Shown one piece after another: positions 34,872-43,422 of a DNA stretch of 64,000 nucleotides. This DNA is from Synechococcus sp. UW140 (GTDB taxonomy: Bacteria; Cyanobacteriota; Cyanobacteriia; PCC-6307; Cyanobiaceae), in NCBI GenBank assembly GCA_943369525.1, contig CALRNL020000012.1:8998-72997 (forward strand). Direction: 5' to 3'. The notes under the pieces are model-generated. The model saw nothing but the letters and a program-made list of their open reading frames with translations, searched no databases and was not told the origin of the DNA. The translations under genes and the position numbers were made by a program. Every line of letters starts with the position of its first letter. The first letter of the stretch is position 1.

Positions 34872-36220
34872 TGGGAGTGGGCACTCTTTCGGCCAAGAGC
34901 CTGGCTAGTTGGACCAAGGAGCTGTTGGCCCAGCTGCCTGCAGCGTCTGGTCCCTTGGCTGCCGTGCAGGCCCGCGGCCGGCAGGCCCTCTCGACCCTGC
35001 CGGTGCCCACCAGGCACCAGGAAGCCTGGCGTTTCACCGACCTGGCCCTGCTGGCCGGCCTCGACCTATCCCCCAGCGGAGCCCAGTCCAGGGGTCTGGC
35101 CCTTGATGGGCCTGCCCCGGAGGCCCCGTCCCTGGACGCCGCTTGCCAAGACGGACCCAAGACCCTGCGGCTGCAGCTCGATGGGGGCTCCGATCCCCTC
35201 GCTGGGGTGGTCTTGCCGGCGGGGTTGGCGCGGCTCTCCGAATCGGAACTGCTGCAAGCCCTGGGCCACACCCTCGCGGCCACGGGCTGCGAGCAGCACT
35301 GGCCGGTGGAACTCAACCATGCCTGTGCCTCCCAGTTGCTGGCCCTGCGCGTCGCTAGCCGGGCCCAGGTCAGCCTGGAGCTAGTTAGCGACGGCGCCAC
35401 GGGCCTGCGGCCCCTGCGGGTGCTGTTGATCCTGGAAGAAAAGGCCCAACTGCAGCTTTGTCAGCGGCTTAGCGCCGCCGGGGCGGGCCTCAGCAGCCTG
35501 GTGCTGGAGGCCCACCTGGGCCGGGGCTCCAGGTTGGAGCATGGCCTGGTGGCCCTGGGCCAGCCCGGTGCAGCCTTGCTGGCCCACCTGGCCCTGGAGC
35601 AGGAGCCTGAGAGTGCGTTCAACTTGGTGGCGGTGAGCGCCGGTTGGGGCCTCTCCCGGCTGGAGCCCCGGGTTGTCCAGGTGGACGGCAGCGCCACCAC
35701 TAACCTGCGCGGCCTCCAGGTGGTGGCTGGCGATCAGATCGCTGACACCCATAGCCACATCGCTTTTGGCGGCCCCGAGGGCCAGCTCGACCAGCTCCAT
35801 AAGGCCGTGGCCGATGGCCGGGGCCGCAGCGTGTTCAACGGCGCCGTGCGGGTGCCCCGCGCCGCCCAACGCACCAATGCGGCCCAGCTCAGCCGCAGCC
35901 TGTTGCTCTCCGATCGGGCCCGGATCGACACCAAGCCCGAACTGGAGATCGTGGCCGATGACGTGCGCTGCGCCCATGGCGCGACCGTGAGTTGCCTGCA
36001 GCAGGATGAATTGTTTTATCTGCAGAGCCGCGGCATCGCCGCCGACCAGGCGTCAGCCCTGCTCAAGCGGGCCTTCAGCGAGGAGATCCTGCGCGAGCTG
36101 CCTGCCCCGGCCCGGCTTTGGTGCCCATTCGAGCGCCTGCTCGCCCCTGATGGCTTGGCAGATGGGCCAGCCCCCGGGGATGACGCGGGCCCGGCCGCCC
36201 TGGAGGGCGGGGTGGCCTGA
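34871..36220 (+). CDS. sufD: Fe-S cluster assembly protein SufD
   Basis: C-terminal SufBD beta-helix block: [41 protein letters not shown] overlap with sufC. Confidence 0.9.
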   Translation: MGVGTLSAKSLASWTKELLAQLPAASGPLAAVQARGRQALSTLPVPTRHQEAWRFTDLALLAGLDLSPSGAQSRGLALDGPAPEAPSLDAACQDGPKTLRLQLDGGSDPLAGVVLPAGLARLSESELLQALGHTLAATGCEQHWPVELNHACASQLLALRVASRAQVSLELVSDGATGLRPLRVLLILEEKAQLQLCQRLSAAGAGLSSLVLEAHLGRGSRLEHGLVALGQPGAALLAHLALEQEPESAFNLVAVSAGWGLSRLEPRVVQVDGSATTNLRGLQVVAGDQIADTHSHIAFGGPEGQLDQLHKAVADGRGRSVFNGAVRVPRAAQRTNAAQLSRSLLLSDRARIDTKPELEIVADDVRCAHGATVSCLQQDELFYLQSRGIAADQASALLKRAFSEEILRELPAPARLWCPFERLLAPDGLADGPAPGDDAGPAALEGGVA

Positions 36221-37560
36221 TGGGTTTGAGTGCCGACACCACTAACGCCCCTGGCAACGCCGATGCCCCTGGGCTGGCCAACGCCCCTAGCCGGGCCGGC
36301 GCCAGCCCCGGAGCTGGGGCCAACCTGGCTGCCCTGACCCGGCCCGATTTCCCCCTGCTGGCCCAGACGGCCTGCCTGGGCCAGCCCCTGATCTACCTAG
36401 ACCACGCCGCCACCAGCCAGAAGCCGCGCCAGGTGCTGGCCGCCCTGCAGCACTACTACGACCACGACAACGCCAACGTGCACCGGGGCGCCCACCAGCT
36501 CAGCGCCCGGGCCACGGAGGGGTTTGAAGGCGCCCGCGCTAAGACGGCCGCCTACGTGGGCGCCGCTTCGTCCCACGAGATTGTGTTCACCCGCAATGCC
36601 AGTGAAGCGATCAACCTGGTCGCCCGCAGCTGGGGGGACGCCAACCTCAAGCCCGGCGATGAGGTGCTGCTCAGCGTCATGGAGCACCACAGCAACCTGG
36701 TGCCCTGGCAACTGCTGGCGGCCCGCACCGGTTGCGTGCTGCGCCATGTCGGTCTCACCGCTAGCGGCGAACTGGACCTCGGCGACCTCCAGGCCCAGCT
36801 CAACGAGCGCACCCGGCTGGTGAGCCTGGCGCAGGTGAGCAACACCTTGGGCTGCCTCAACCCGATCGCCGAAATCGCCCCCCTGGCCCACGCCGCCGGC
36901 GCCCTGCTGCTGGTGGATGCCTGCCAGAGCCTGGCCCATCTGCCCGTGGATGTGGGCCAGCTCGGCGCCGATTTCCTGGTGGGCTCCTCCCACAAGCTTT
37001 GCGGACCCACGGGCATGGGTTTCCTTTGGGCGCGGGAAGCCCTGCTGGAGGCCATGCCCCCCTTCTTGGGCGGCGGCGAGATGATCCAGGACGTGTTCCT
37101 CGATGGCAGCACCTGGGCGGGCCTGCCCCACAAATTTGAGGCCGGCACCCCCGCCATCGGCGAGGCGATCGCCATGGGGGCAGCCCTGGACTATCTCCGT
37201 AGCCTGGGCCTAGGGCGCATCCACGCCTGGGAGCAGCAGCTCACGGCCCACCTGTTTGCCAGGCTCGAGGCGATTGAAGGGCTTCGCATTCTGGGCCCCA
37301 CCCCCCAGGAGCAGCCCGATCGCGGCGCCCTGGCCGCCTTCAGCGTGGCGGGGCTGCACGCCAACGACCTGGCCGAATTGCTCGATTCCGCCGGCATCTG
37401 CATCCGCAGCGGCCACCACTGCACCCAGCCCCTGCACCGCCACTACGGCCTGGCCGCCTCGGCCCGGGCCAGCCTCAGCTTCACCACCACCATGGAGGAG
37501 ATCGATCGCTTCGCCGAAGAATTATTCGGCGCGATTGCCTTCCTGCGCGAGCACAGCTGA
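36220..37560 (+). CDS. sufS: cysteine desulfurase SufS (class V aminotransferase, group II)
   Basis: HHSNLVPWQ, PLP-Lys region GSSHKLCGPTGMG, active-site IRSGHHCTQP. TGATG overlap with sufD. Confidence 0.93.
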   Translation: MGLSADTTNAPGNADAPGLANAPSRAGASPGAGANLAALTRPDFPLLAQTACLGQPLIYLDHAATSQKPRQVLAALQHYYDHDNANVHRGAHQLSARATEGFEGARAKTAAYVGAASSHEIVFTRNASEAINLVARSWGDANLKPGDEVLLSVMEHHSNLVPWQLLAARTGCVLRHVGLTASGELDLGDLQAQLNERTRLVSLAQVSNTLGCLNPIAEIAPLAHAAGALLLVDACQSLAHLPVDVGQLGADFLVGSSHKLCGPTGMGFLWAREALLEAMPPFLGGGEMIQDVFLDGSTWAGLPHKFEAGTPAIGEAIAMGAALDYLRSLGLGRIHAWEQQLTAHLFARLEAIEGLRILGPTPQEQPDRGALAAFSVAGLHANDLAELLDSAGICIRSGHHCTQPLHRHYGLAASARASLSFTTTMEEIDRFAEELFGAIAFLREHS

Positions 37561-37658
37561 GGGGCACCGTCGCCAGCGTTGCCCCCTCCCCAGCCCCGCT
37601 GCCCAAATCCATCCCGAATGGGGGTTGACCGCCGCCGATCCGTCCGTCCGTACCCGGT

Positions 37659-38609
37659 TTAGGTTCCTCCGATGCTTTCATCCCAGAGGTTGGCCAGGCT
37701 GTAGGGGCCGCCGGGCAGCTCCCAGAAGCGGCCGTCGATGCAGCGTTCGCCCCGGTCGAGGGCGGCGATCTGGGCCAGTTCGGAGGCGTTCAAGGTGAGC
37801 TGGGTGGCCGCCAGGTTGGCGGCCAGGCGCTGGGGATGGACGGATTTGGGAATCACCGCCGTGCCGCAGGCGATCCCCCAGGCCAGCAGCACCTGGGCGG
37901 CACTGGTCCCATGGGCCGCCGCGATGGCGCCGATCACCGGATCACTGAACAGGGGTGAGCTGCGGCCGACCGGCGGCGAGCCCAGGGGCGCATAGGCGGT
38001 GAGCTGGATGGCGTTGGCCTGGCAAAAGGCCAGCAATTCCGGTTGCTGCAGGTAGGGATGGCGCTCCACCTGGTTCACTTCCGGGGCTAGATCGGCCCCC
38101 GCCAGCAGGGCGGCCAACTTGGCCTGGCTGAAGTTGGACACGCCGATGTGGCGCACCAGGCCGGCTCGCACCAGCTCCTCCATGGCGCTCCAGGTGGCGG
38201 CGATCGGCCGCTGGTCCAGGCCGAGCTGGTCTGGGGCCTGCTGGGGCATGATCACGCCATGGCGATGGGCCACGGGCCAGTGGATCAGGTAGAGGTCGAG
38301 GTAGGCCAGGCCCAGATCCGCCAGGCTGCGCTCCAGGGCAGGGCGCACGTCTTCTGGGGCGTGGCAGTCGTTCCAGAGCTTGGAGGTGATCCAAAGTTGG
38401 TCCCGCCCGAGCGTGCCAGCTGCCCAGGCCCGCTCCAGGCTGGCGCCGATTTCGGCCTCGTTGCCGTAGATCGAGGCGCAGTCCAGGTGGCGGTAGCCCA
38501 GCTCCAGGGCCGCCGTCACGGCCCCCCCCACCTCGCCGGCGCTGGCTTTCCAGGTGCCAAGCCCCAGGCTGGCCATGGGGTCGCCGTTGGCAAAAACCAG
38601 GCTGGACAT
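37659..38609 (-). CDS. aldo/keto reductase
   Basis: MSSLVFANGDPMASLGLGTWK..., YRHLDCASIYGNE, LYLIHWP, and the VIPKSV C-terminal motif. Trimmed to the ATG at 38609. Confidence 0.88.
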   Translation of the reverse strand: MSSLVFANGDPMASLGLGTWKASAGEVGGAVTAALELGYRHLDCASIYGNEAEIGASLERAWAAGTLGRDQLWITSKLWNDCHAPEDVRPALERSLADLGLAYLDLYLIHWPVAHRHGVIMPQQAPDQLGLDQRPIAATWSAMEELVRAGLVRHIGVSNFSQAKLAALLAGADLAPEVNQVERHPYLQQPELLAFCQANAIQLTAYAPLGSPPVGRSSPLFSDPVIGAIAAAHGTSAAQVLLAWGIACGTAVIPKSVHPQRLAANLAATQLTLNASELAQIAALDRGERCIDGRFWELPGGPYSLANLWDESIGGT

Positions 38610-38722
38610 GGCGTTGTGGTCTCTGGCTTCACTATGGGCGCAGGATGGGCGCCTGGCCGGTTTGCAGTCGCTGACTGGCCCCGCCGGGATCCCGGCGGGG
38701 CCCCCAGCCCCCGGGCCGATTC

Positions 38723-39322
38723 GTGCTGATCGCAGAGCTGATGGCAGACCAAGCAATAGACGGCGATGCCCCAGCGGCCCAGGAGCTCGCCCCCCAGCTG
38801 TTTTTGGTGGTGCTTGGCGGCCGCGTTGCCGGTTGCCAGATCGAGCAGCACGATGTGCGCTTCGTTGCCGGGCGCAGCATCGAGGCCACCCTCCCCGCGC
38901 TGCGGCGCCAGTGGTTCGGGAGGCGGGAGGGTTTGCACCTGGACAGCACCATGGCGGTGCGGGCGATCGATGGCTACACCGTGGGCCTGGGGCTCGAGCC
39001 GCCCGCGCCCCGGCCCGAGCGGCTCTGGTTTGTGAACCTGGGCGCCTACCGCCCCGATTGCCTCGCCGAGCTGCACCACTTCGGCTTGGTGGTGGCCCGC
39101 TCAGCCCAGGCCGCTAAGGCAGCCGCTAGGCGCCAGTGGTTGGTTGGGGCGCGGGAGCAGCACAAGGATGACCTGGCATCAGTGGACGACTGCTTGGCGA
39201 TCGAGCAACTGGAGCTGGGGGGCGGCGAGCGCTGGTACGTGCAGCTGGAGCCCCATCCCGAAGGGCTGAGCCAGCCCCAGGTGCCCGATTGGTTCGGCTA
39301 TCGCCGGATCGACAGGGGATGA
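38723..39322 (+). CDS. DUF1543 domain protein (tandem DUF1543-like halves)
   Basis: LFLVVLGGRVAGCQIEQHDVRFVAG and LWFVNLGAYRPDCLAELHHFGLVVA fit the DUF1543 pattern (L-x-x-x-LGG ... E-x-HD-x-x-F). GTG at 38723, with an alternative ATG at 38741. Confidence 0.65.
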   Translation: MLIAELMADQAIDGDAPAAQELAPQLFLVVLGGRVAGCQIEQHDVRFVAGRSIEATLPALRRQWFGRREGLHLDSTMAVRAIDGYTVGLGLEPPAPRPERLWFVNLGAYRPDCLAELHHFGLVVARSAQAAKAAARRQWLVGAREQHKDDLASVDDCLAIEQLELGGGERWYVQLEPHPEGLSQPQVPDWFGYRRIDRG

Positions 39323-39345
39323 TCTAGGGCGGAGCCCCGAACCCC

Positions 39346-40494
39346 ATGAACATCGACGGCAAGGCCTGGCGCACCATCTGGCTTGAAGCCGGGGGCCGCT
39401 CGATCGCTGTGATTGACCAGACCCAGCTACCCCATCGCTTCACCACCCGCTCGATCGCCAGCCTGGACCAGGCGGCCGAGGCGATTGCGACGATGGTGGT
39501 GCGCGGGGCGCCCCTGATTGGGGTCACCGGGGCCTACGGCCTGATGCTGGCCCTGCAGGCCGATCCCAGCGATGCATCCCTGGCGGCTGCCTTCTCCCAG
39601 TTGCTCGCCACCCGGCCCACGGCCGTGAATCTGCAATGGGCCCTGGACCGGGTGCGGGACCGGGTGCTGCCCCTGGCGCCGGCGGAGCGGGCCCTGGCCG
39701 CCCAGCAGGAAGCGGGTGCCATCGCCGAGGAAGACGTGCTGATGGGCTCAGCCATCGGCGACCACGGGTTGCGCCTGTTCCAGGAGTTGGCGGCCCGCCG
39801 CCCGGCCAGCCGCCAGCAGGAGCCCTTCAACCTGCTCACCCATTGCAATGCCGGCTGGCTGGCCACCGTGGACTGGGGTACGGCCCTGGCGCCGATCTAC
39901 AAGGCCCACCGCGCCGGCATGAAGGTGCATGTGTGGGTGGATGAAACCCGGCCTCGCAACCAGGGCGCCAGTCTCACCGCCTTTGAGTTGGGCCGGGAGG
40001 GCGTCCCCCACACCGTGATCGTCGACAACGCCGGCGGCCACCTGATGCAGCACGGCCAGGTGGATGCGGTGATCGTGGGCACGGATCGCACTACCCGCAG
40101 CGGCGACGTTTGCAACAAGATCGGCACCTATCTCAAGGCCCTCGCTGCCCACGACAACGGCGTGCCCTTTTATGTGGCATTGCCGGCTTCCACGATTGAT
40201 TGGTCGATCTCCGATGGGGTGGCTGAGATTCCGATCGAGGCACGCTCGGACCGGGAGGTGACCCATATCCAGGGCCTGGTGAGCGCCCTTGATGGCGCTG
40301 CCCTGGGGGACAGCCCCAGGGCCGATGCCAATGGCGCCGCCCTGACCCAGGTGCAGCTCACGCCAACGGGCAGCCTGGGCTTCAACCCAGCCTTTGATGT
40401 CACTCCGGCCCGCCTGGTGACGGCCCTGATCACGGAACGGGGGGTGGTGAGTGCCAGTGAGGAGGGCCTCAAGCAGCTTTACGGGCTCGGATGA
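39346..40494 (+). CDS. mtnA: S-methyl-5-thioribose-1-phosphate isomerase
   Basis: eIF-2B alpha/beta/delta-like fold. Blocks: VVRGAPLIG, THCNAGWLATVDWGTALAPIY, VGTDRTTRSGDVCNKIGTY, FNPAFDVTPARL. Confidence 0.9.
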   Translation: MNIDGKAWRTIWLEAGGRSIAVIDQTQLPHRFTTRSIASLDQAAEAIATMVVRGAPLIGVTGAYGLMLALQADPSDASLAAAFSQLLATRPTAVNLQWALDRVRDRVLPLAPAERALAAQQEAGAIAEEDVLMGSAIGDHGLRLFQELAARRPASRQQEPFNLLTHCNAGWLATVDWGTALAPIYKAHRAGMKVHVWVDETRPRNQGASLTAFELGREGVPHTVIVDNAGGHLMQHGQVDAVIVGTDRTTRSGDVCNKIGTYLKALAAHDNGVPFYVALPASTIDWSISDGVAEIPIEARSDREVTHIQGLVSALDGAALGDSPRADANGAALTQVQLTPTGSLGFNPAFDVTPARLVTALITERGVVSASEEGLKQLYGLG

Positions 40495-40795
40495 GCGGCA
40501 GCTGGCGAGCGGGCAGGGGAGAAGGGGCTTGCCTGGGTTTGCTCTCCCCGTTTCGCCAGGCCCCTGGCCCAGCCCATGGCACCGCCCCTCCAGCTCAATG
40601 GGATGGATGAACGGGGGCTGGGCCGGCGTCTTGCCGGTCAGCCAGTGGGCGTTTGGTCCAAACCTGGGGATCAACCGGACTCCGGGTTGGTGGGCCCAGC
40701 GTCTGCGCCCGGTGGCGGCGCTGCGGACCTGGCACCCCAGCCGCTAGGGGACGATTGAGCAGGCTGGGGGCCGCATACACCCGAGCTGGCCTGTG

Positions 40796-40804
40796 TGCTA
40801 CGAT
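40796..40804 (+). promoter_or_regulatory. candidate extended -10 (TGC-TACGAT) for the ocp operon
   Basis: TGCTACGAT lies 35 nt upstream of the ocp ATG. An identical 9-mer lies upstream of rpsU. Confidence 0.35.
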
Positions 40805-40839
40805 TTGTAAATCAACTTTACAATTGGGATTGGTTGCCA

Positions 40840-41793
40840 ATGTTTACCCTTGAAAGGGCTACCCAGATTTTTCCGGAAACCCTTTCGGCGGACGTTGTTC
40901 CGGCGATCACGGCACGGTTTCGCCTGCTCAGTGCTGAGGACCAACTGGCGCTGATTTGGTATGCCTATCTGGAGATGGGATCCACAATCACGGTTGCAGC
41001 GCCGGGGGCGGCCCGCATGCAGTTTGCGGAACCCGTTCTCAATCAAATCAAGGCCCTGGGCTTCGCTGAGCAAAGCCAGGTGATGTGCGACCTGGCCAAC
41101 CGAACTGACACCACCATTGGCCGCACCTACGCCAACTGGTCGGTCAATATCAAGCTGGGATTCTGGTACCAGCTGGGCGAATGGATGGCTGGCGGCCTGG
41201 TGGCTCCGATCCCCGAGGGCTATCAGCTTTCGGCGAATGCGTCGGCAGTCTTGAGCTCCCTCAAGGGCGTGGAGCAGGGTCAGCAGATCACCTTGCTTCG
41301 CAACTTCGTGGTGGACATGGGCTTCGATCCCGCCAAGGGGGAAGGCCAGCGGGTGATGGAGCCCGTGGTGGCTCCTACCCCCGAGGAGCTGCGCAAAAAA
41401 GTGTTCATCGAAGGGGTGATTAACCCCACCATTAATGCCTACATGGATCGGCTTAATGCCAACGACTTCGATAGCTTGATTGAGCTGTTTCTGCCCGATG
41501 GTGCCCTGCAGGCTCCCTTCCAGAAGCCGATCGTGGGCAAGGATGCCATCCTGCGCTTCTTCCGTGAAGATTGCCAAAACCTGAGGCTCCTGCCCGAGCG
41601 CGGCTACTCCGAGCCGGCTGAGGGGAATTTCAACCAGATCAAGGTTACTGGCAAGGTTCAGACCCCCTGGTTTGGTGCTGGTATTGGCATGAATGTGGCC
41701 TGGCGTTTTCTGCTTAATCCCGAAGGCAAAATTTACTTCGTAGCCATTGACCTCTTGGCTTCCCCGGCGGAACTGCTCAAGTTCGCCCGTTGA
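40840..41793 (+). CDS. ocp: orange carotenoid protein (OCP)
   Basis: Very close along its whole length to Synechocystis Slr1963 as I remember it. Blocks: DVVPAITARF..LSAEDQLALIWYAYLEMG, NIKLGFWYQLGEWM, NANDFDSLIELF, IKVTGKVQTPWFG, WRFLLNPEGKIYFVAIDLLASPAELL. Confidence 0.97.
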   Translation: MFTLERATQIFPETLSADVVPAITARFRLLSAEDQLALIWYAYLEMGSTITVAAPGAARMQFAEPVLNQIKALGFAEQSQVMCDLANRTDTTIGRTYANWSVNIKLGFWYQLGEWMAGGLVAPIPEGYQLSANASAVLSSLKGVEQGQQITLLRNFVVDMGFDPAKGEGQRVMEPVVAPTPEELRKKVFIEGVINPTINAYMDRLNANDFDSLIELFLPDGALQAPFQKPIVGKDAILRFFREDCQNLRLLPERGYSEPAEGNFNQIKVTGKVQTPWFGAGIGMNVAWRFLLNPEGKIYFVAIDLLASPAELLKFAR

Positions 41794-42638
41794 GCCAGAC
41801 CGGCAAGGGGCTGCTTTTCATGGCCGCCATCATGGCGGCTTGGCTGCTGTCCCTGCTGGCTTTGCTGCGGGTTGATCTCGCTAGCCAGCCCCCAGGGCTG
41901 GTGATGTTGGCGGTGGGGGTGAGGACTTTCCTGCAAACAGGATTGTTCATCATTGGCCACGACGCCATGCACGGTGTGTTGCTCCCCTCCCGGCCCGGCG
42001 CCAATCAGCGCCTGGGCCAACTGGCCCTGGCCCTCTATGCCGGCCTGCCCTATCAGCGCTGCCTGCGTAACCATCGCCAGCACCACCGGGCCCCGGCCGG
42101 TCCCCATGACCCCGATGTCCAGGACGGGGCCGGGCCCCTGGCCTGGTATCGCCATTTCATGGCGGGCTATTTAGGTGCTGGTCAGATGGCTGCCCTGCTC
42201 GCAAGTTGGGCCCTTTGTCTGCGGTTGGCCTGGCCCCACTCAGTCATGGCGGGGCTCACGGTGGTGCTGGTTTGCATCCTGCCCCTGGTCCTCAGTTCCC
42301 TGCAATTGTTTGCCTTTGGCACCTACTTGCCCCACCGGGGCACGGGGGTGGCCAGCGGGCCTGGCCAGCAGGCCCGCAGCCTTGATCTGCCGGTCTGGTT
42401 ATCGTTGCTCGCCTGCTACCACTTCGGTTACCACCGCGAGCACCACCAGGCGCCTGGCTTGCCCTGGTTTGCCCTGCCTTCCCAGCGCCGGTCCGTTACG
42501 TCTGCTGGCCAGGTCCCCTTGGGCTCGCGCCAGCCAGGGCAGCGCGATAGCGTCCCATTCAACAAAGTCAATCATGATGGAATCGGTATTAGCAGGCTGG
42601 ACAGATCAGGAGCAGGCCATCGTCAAGCAGGCCTTTGA
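41790..42638 (+). CDS. crtW: beta-carotene ketolase CrtW
   Basis: Fatty-acid-desaturase-type His boxes HDAMHG, HRQHH and HREHH. Four TM-like segments. The start is a TTG overlapping the ocp stop; an ATG at 41820 is also possible. The 3' end overlaps frp by 65 nt. Confidence 0.85.
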   Translation: MSQTGKGLLFMAAIMAAWLLSLLALLRVDLASQPPGLVMLAVGVRTFLQTGLFIIGHDAMHGVLLPSRPGANQRLGQLALALYAGLPYQRCLRNHRQHHRAPAGPHDPDVQDGAGPLAWYRHFMAGYLGAGQMAALLASWALCLRLAWPHSVMAGLTVVLVCILPLVLSSLQLFAFGTYLPHRGTGVASGPGQQARSLDLPVWLSLLACYHFGYHREHHQAPGLPWFALPSQRRSVTSAGQVPLGSRQPGQRDSVPFNKVNHDGIGISRLDRSGAGHRQAGL

Positions 42639-42903
42639 CACGGCCTATGGCCGCGCGATTGCCCAGTTGACCGAGACCCTGCGGGAGCGGGTGCGGACCC
42701 TCGAGGGTGCGGAGGATCTATGGCAGCTCCATGATTTCTTAAGCATCCAGCGCCATTCGATCGAGGGCCATTTCGATTTCCGGCTCGATGGCATCTTGTT
42801 TGTGTTTGCCAGTTTGGTTAAGGACAACTTGCTCAACCTGGATGAATTGGTCGGGCTCGAGGCTGAGAAGTTAGCCAAGATTGCAGCCATGTCCAGGTTC
42901 TAG
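42574..42903 (+). CDS. frp: fluorescence recovery protein (FRP)
   Basis: MMESVLAGWTDQEQAIVKQAFDTAY...DLWQLHDFLSIQRHSIEGHFDFR...ILFVFASLVKDNLL parallels Synechocystis Slr1964 as recalled (DLWKLHDFLSAKRHEIDGKYD). 109 aa. Confidence 0.9.
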   Translation: MMESVLAGWTDQEQAIVKQAFDTAYGRAIAQLTETLRERVRTLEGAEDLWQLHDFLSIQRHSIEGHFDFRLDGILFVFASLVKDNLLNLDELVGLEAEKLAKIAAMSRF

Positions 42904-42939
42904 TATTCCGAAAGTTCTGTTAAAGACCACAATTAGGGC

Positions 42940-43110
42940 CTAGCTCAGTTCTGTAAATAGGTCTTTATTCTTCTTTCGTCCTGGCCAGTCCTGGAGAGGA
43001 GGTAACTGGCTAAGTTTATCGTTGCCATGGTTGAATTGCCCGGTATTGGTGATGGGGACGATAATTATGCGGCGCTTGGCAACTGCTTTGAGAGGGAAAA
43101 TATTTTTCAT
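42940..43110 (-). CDS. possible 56-aa ORF in an A+T-rich islet
   Basis: Hand translation: MKNIFPLKAVAKRRIIIVPITNTGQFNHGNDKLSQLPPLQDWPGRKKNKDLFTELS. It is preceded by GAGAGGTAAA, a good Shine-Dalgarno sequence. Composition is far more A+T-rich than the neighbours. It could be a gene fragment. Confidence 0.3.
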   Translation of the reverse strand: MKNIFPLKAVAKRRIIIVPITNTGQFNHGNDKLSQLPPLQDWPGRKKNKDLFTELS

Positions 43111-43422
43111 TTTACCTCTCCGTTAGTGCCTGATTAGCCCTATCTGCTTGGCTGTCTGGACTCCGCAGCAAAGGGGGGGCACCCCTTCGGCAGGCCGACC
43201 GGCGTGGGGCGAGTTCGGTTTCTGCGTTGAAAGGGTGCATTCCTTGGCAATGCCGATCTGTTCGCCCGCCCGGGCTCCTGTATGGGCCCGACTCCCTGCA
43301 TCGGGGACTAGGGGAATCGACCCGACGGAGAGCAGGCTGATGGGATTCACGGCGATCCTTCAGTTCGCTGACGCCAACCCCCTGGCCCCCTAGCCTCCCG
43401 GCTGCGCCGCCAGCCCTCGCCC

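Noticed and set aside
43140-43420. Possible tmRNA, RNase P RNA or other structured RNA
   Set aside because: I saw a T-arm-like GGGTCGATTCCCC on the minus strand and RNase P-like fragments (GTTGAAAGGGTGC, CCCGGGCTCC). The acceptor stem with G3:U70, the tag reading frame and the order and length of RNase P elements do not fit. The region is left as unassigned in a finding rather than called as an RNA.
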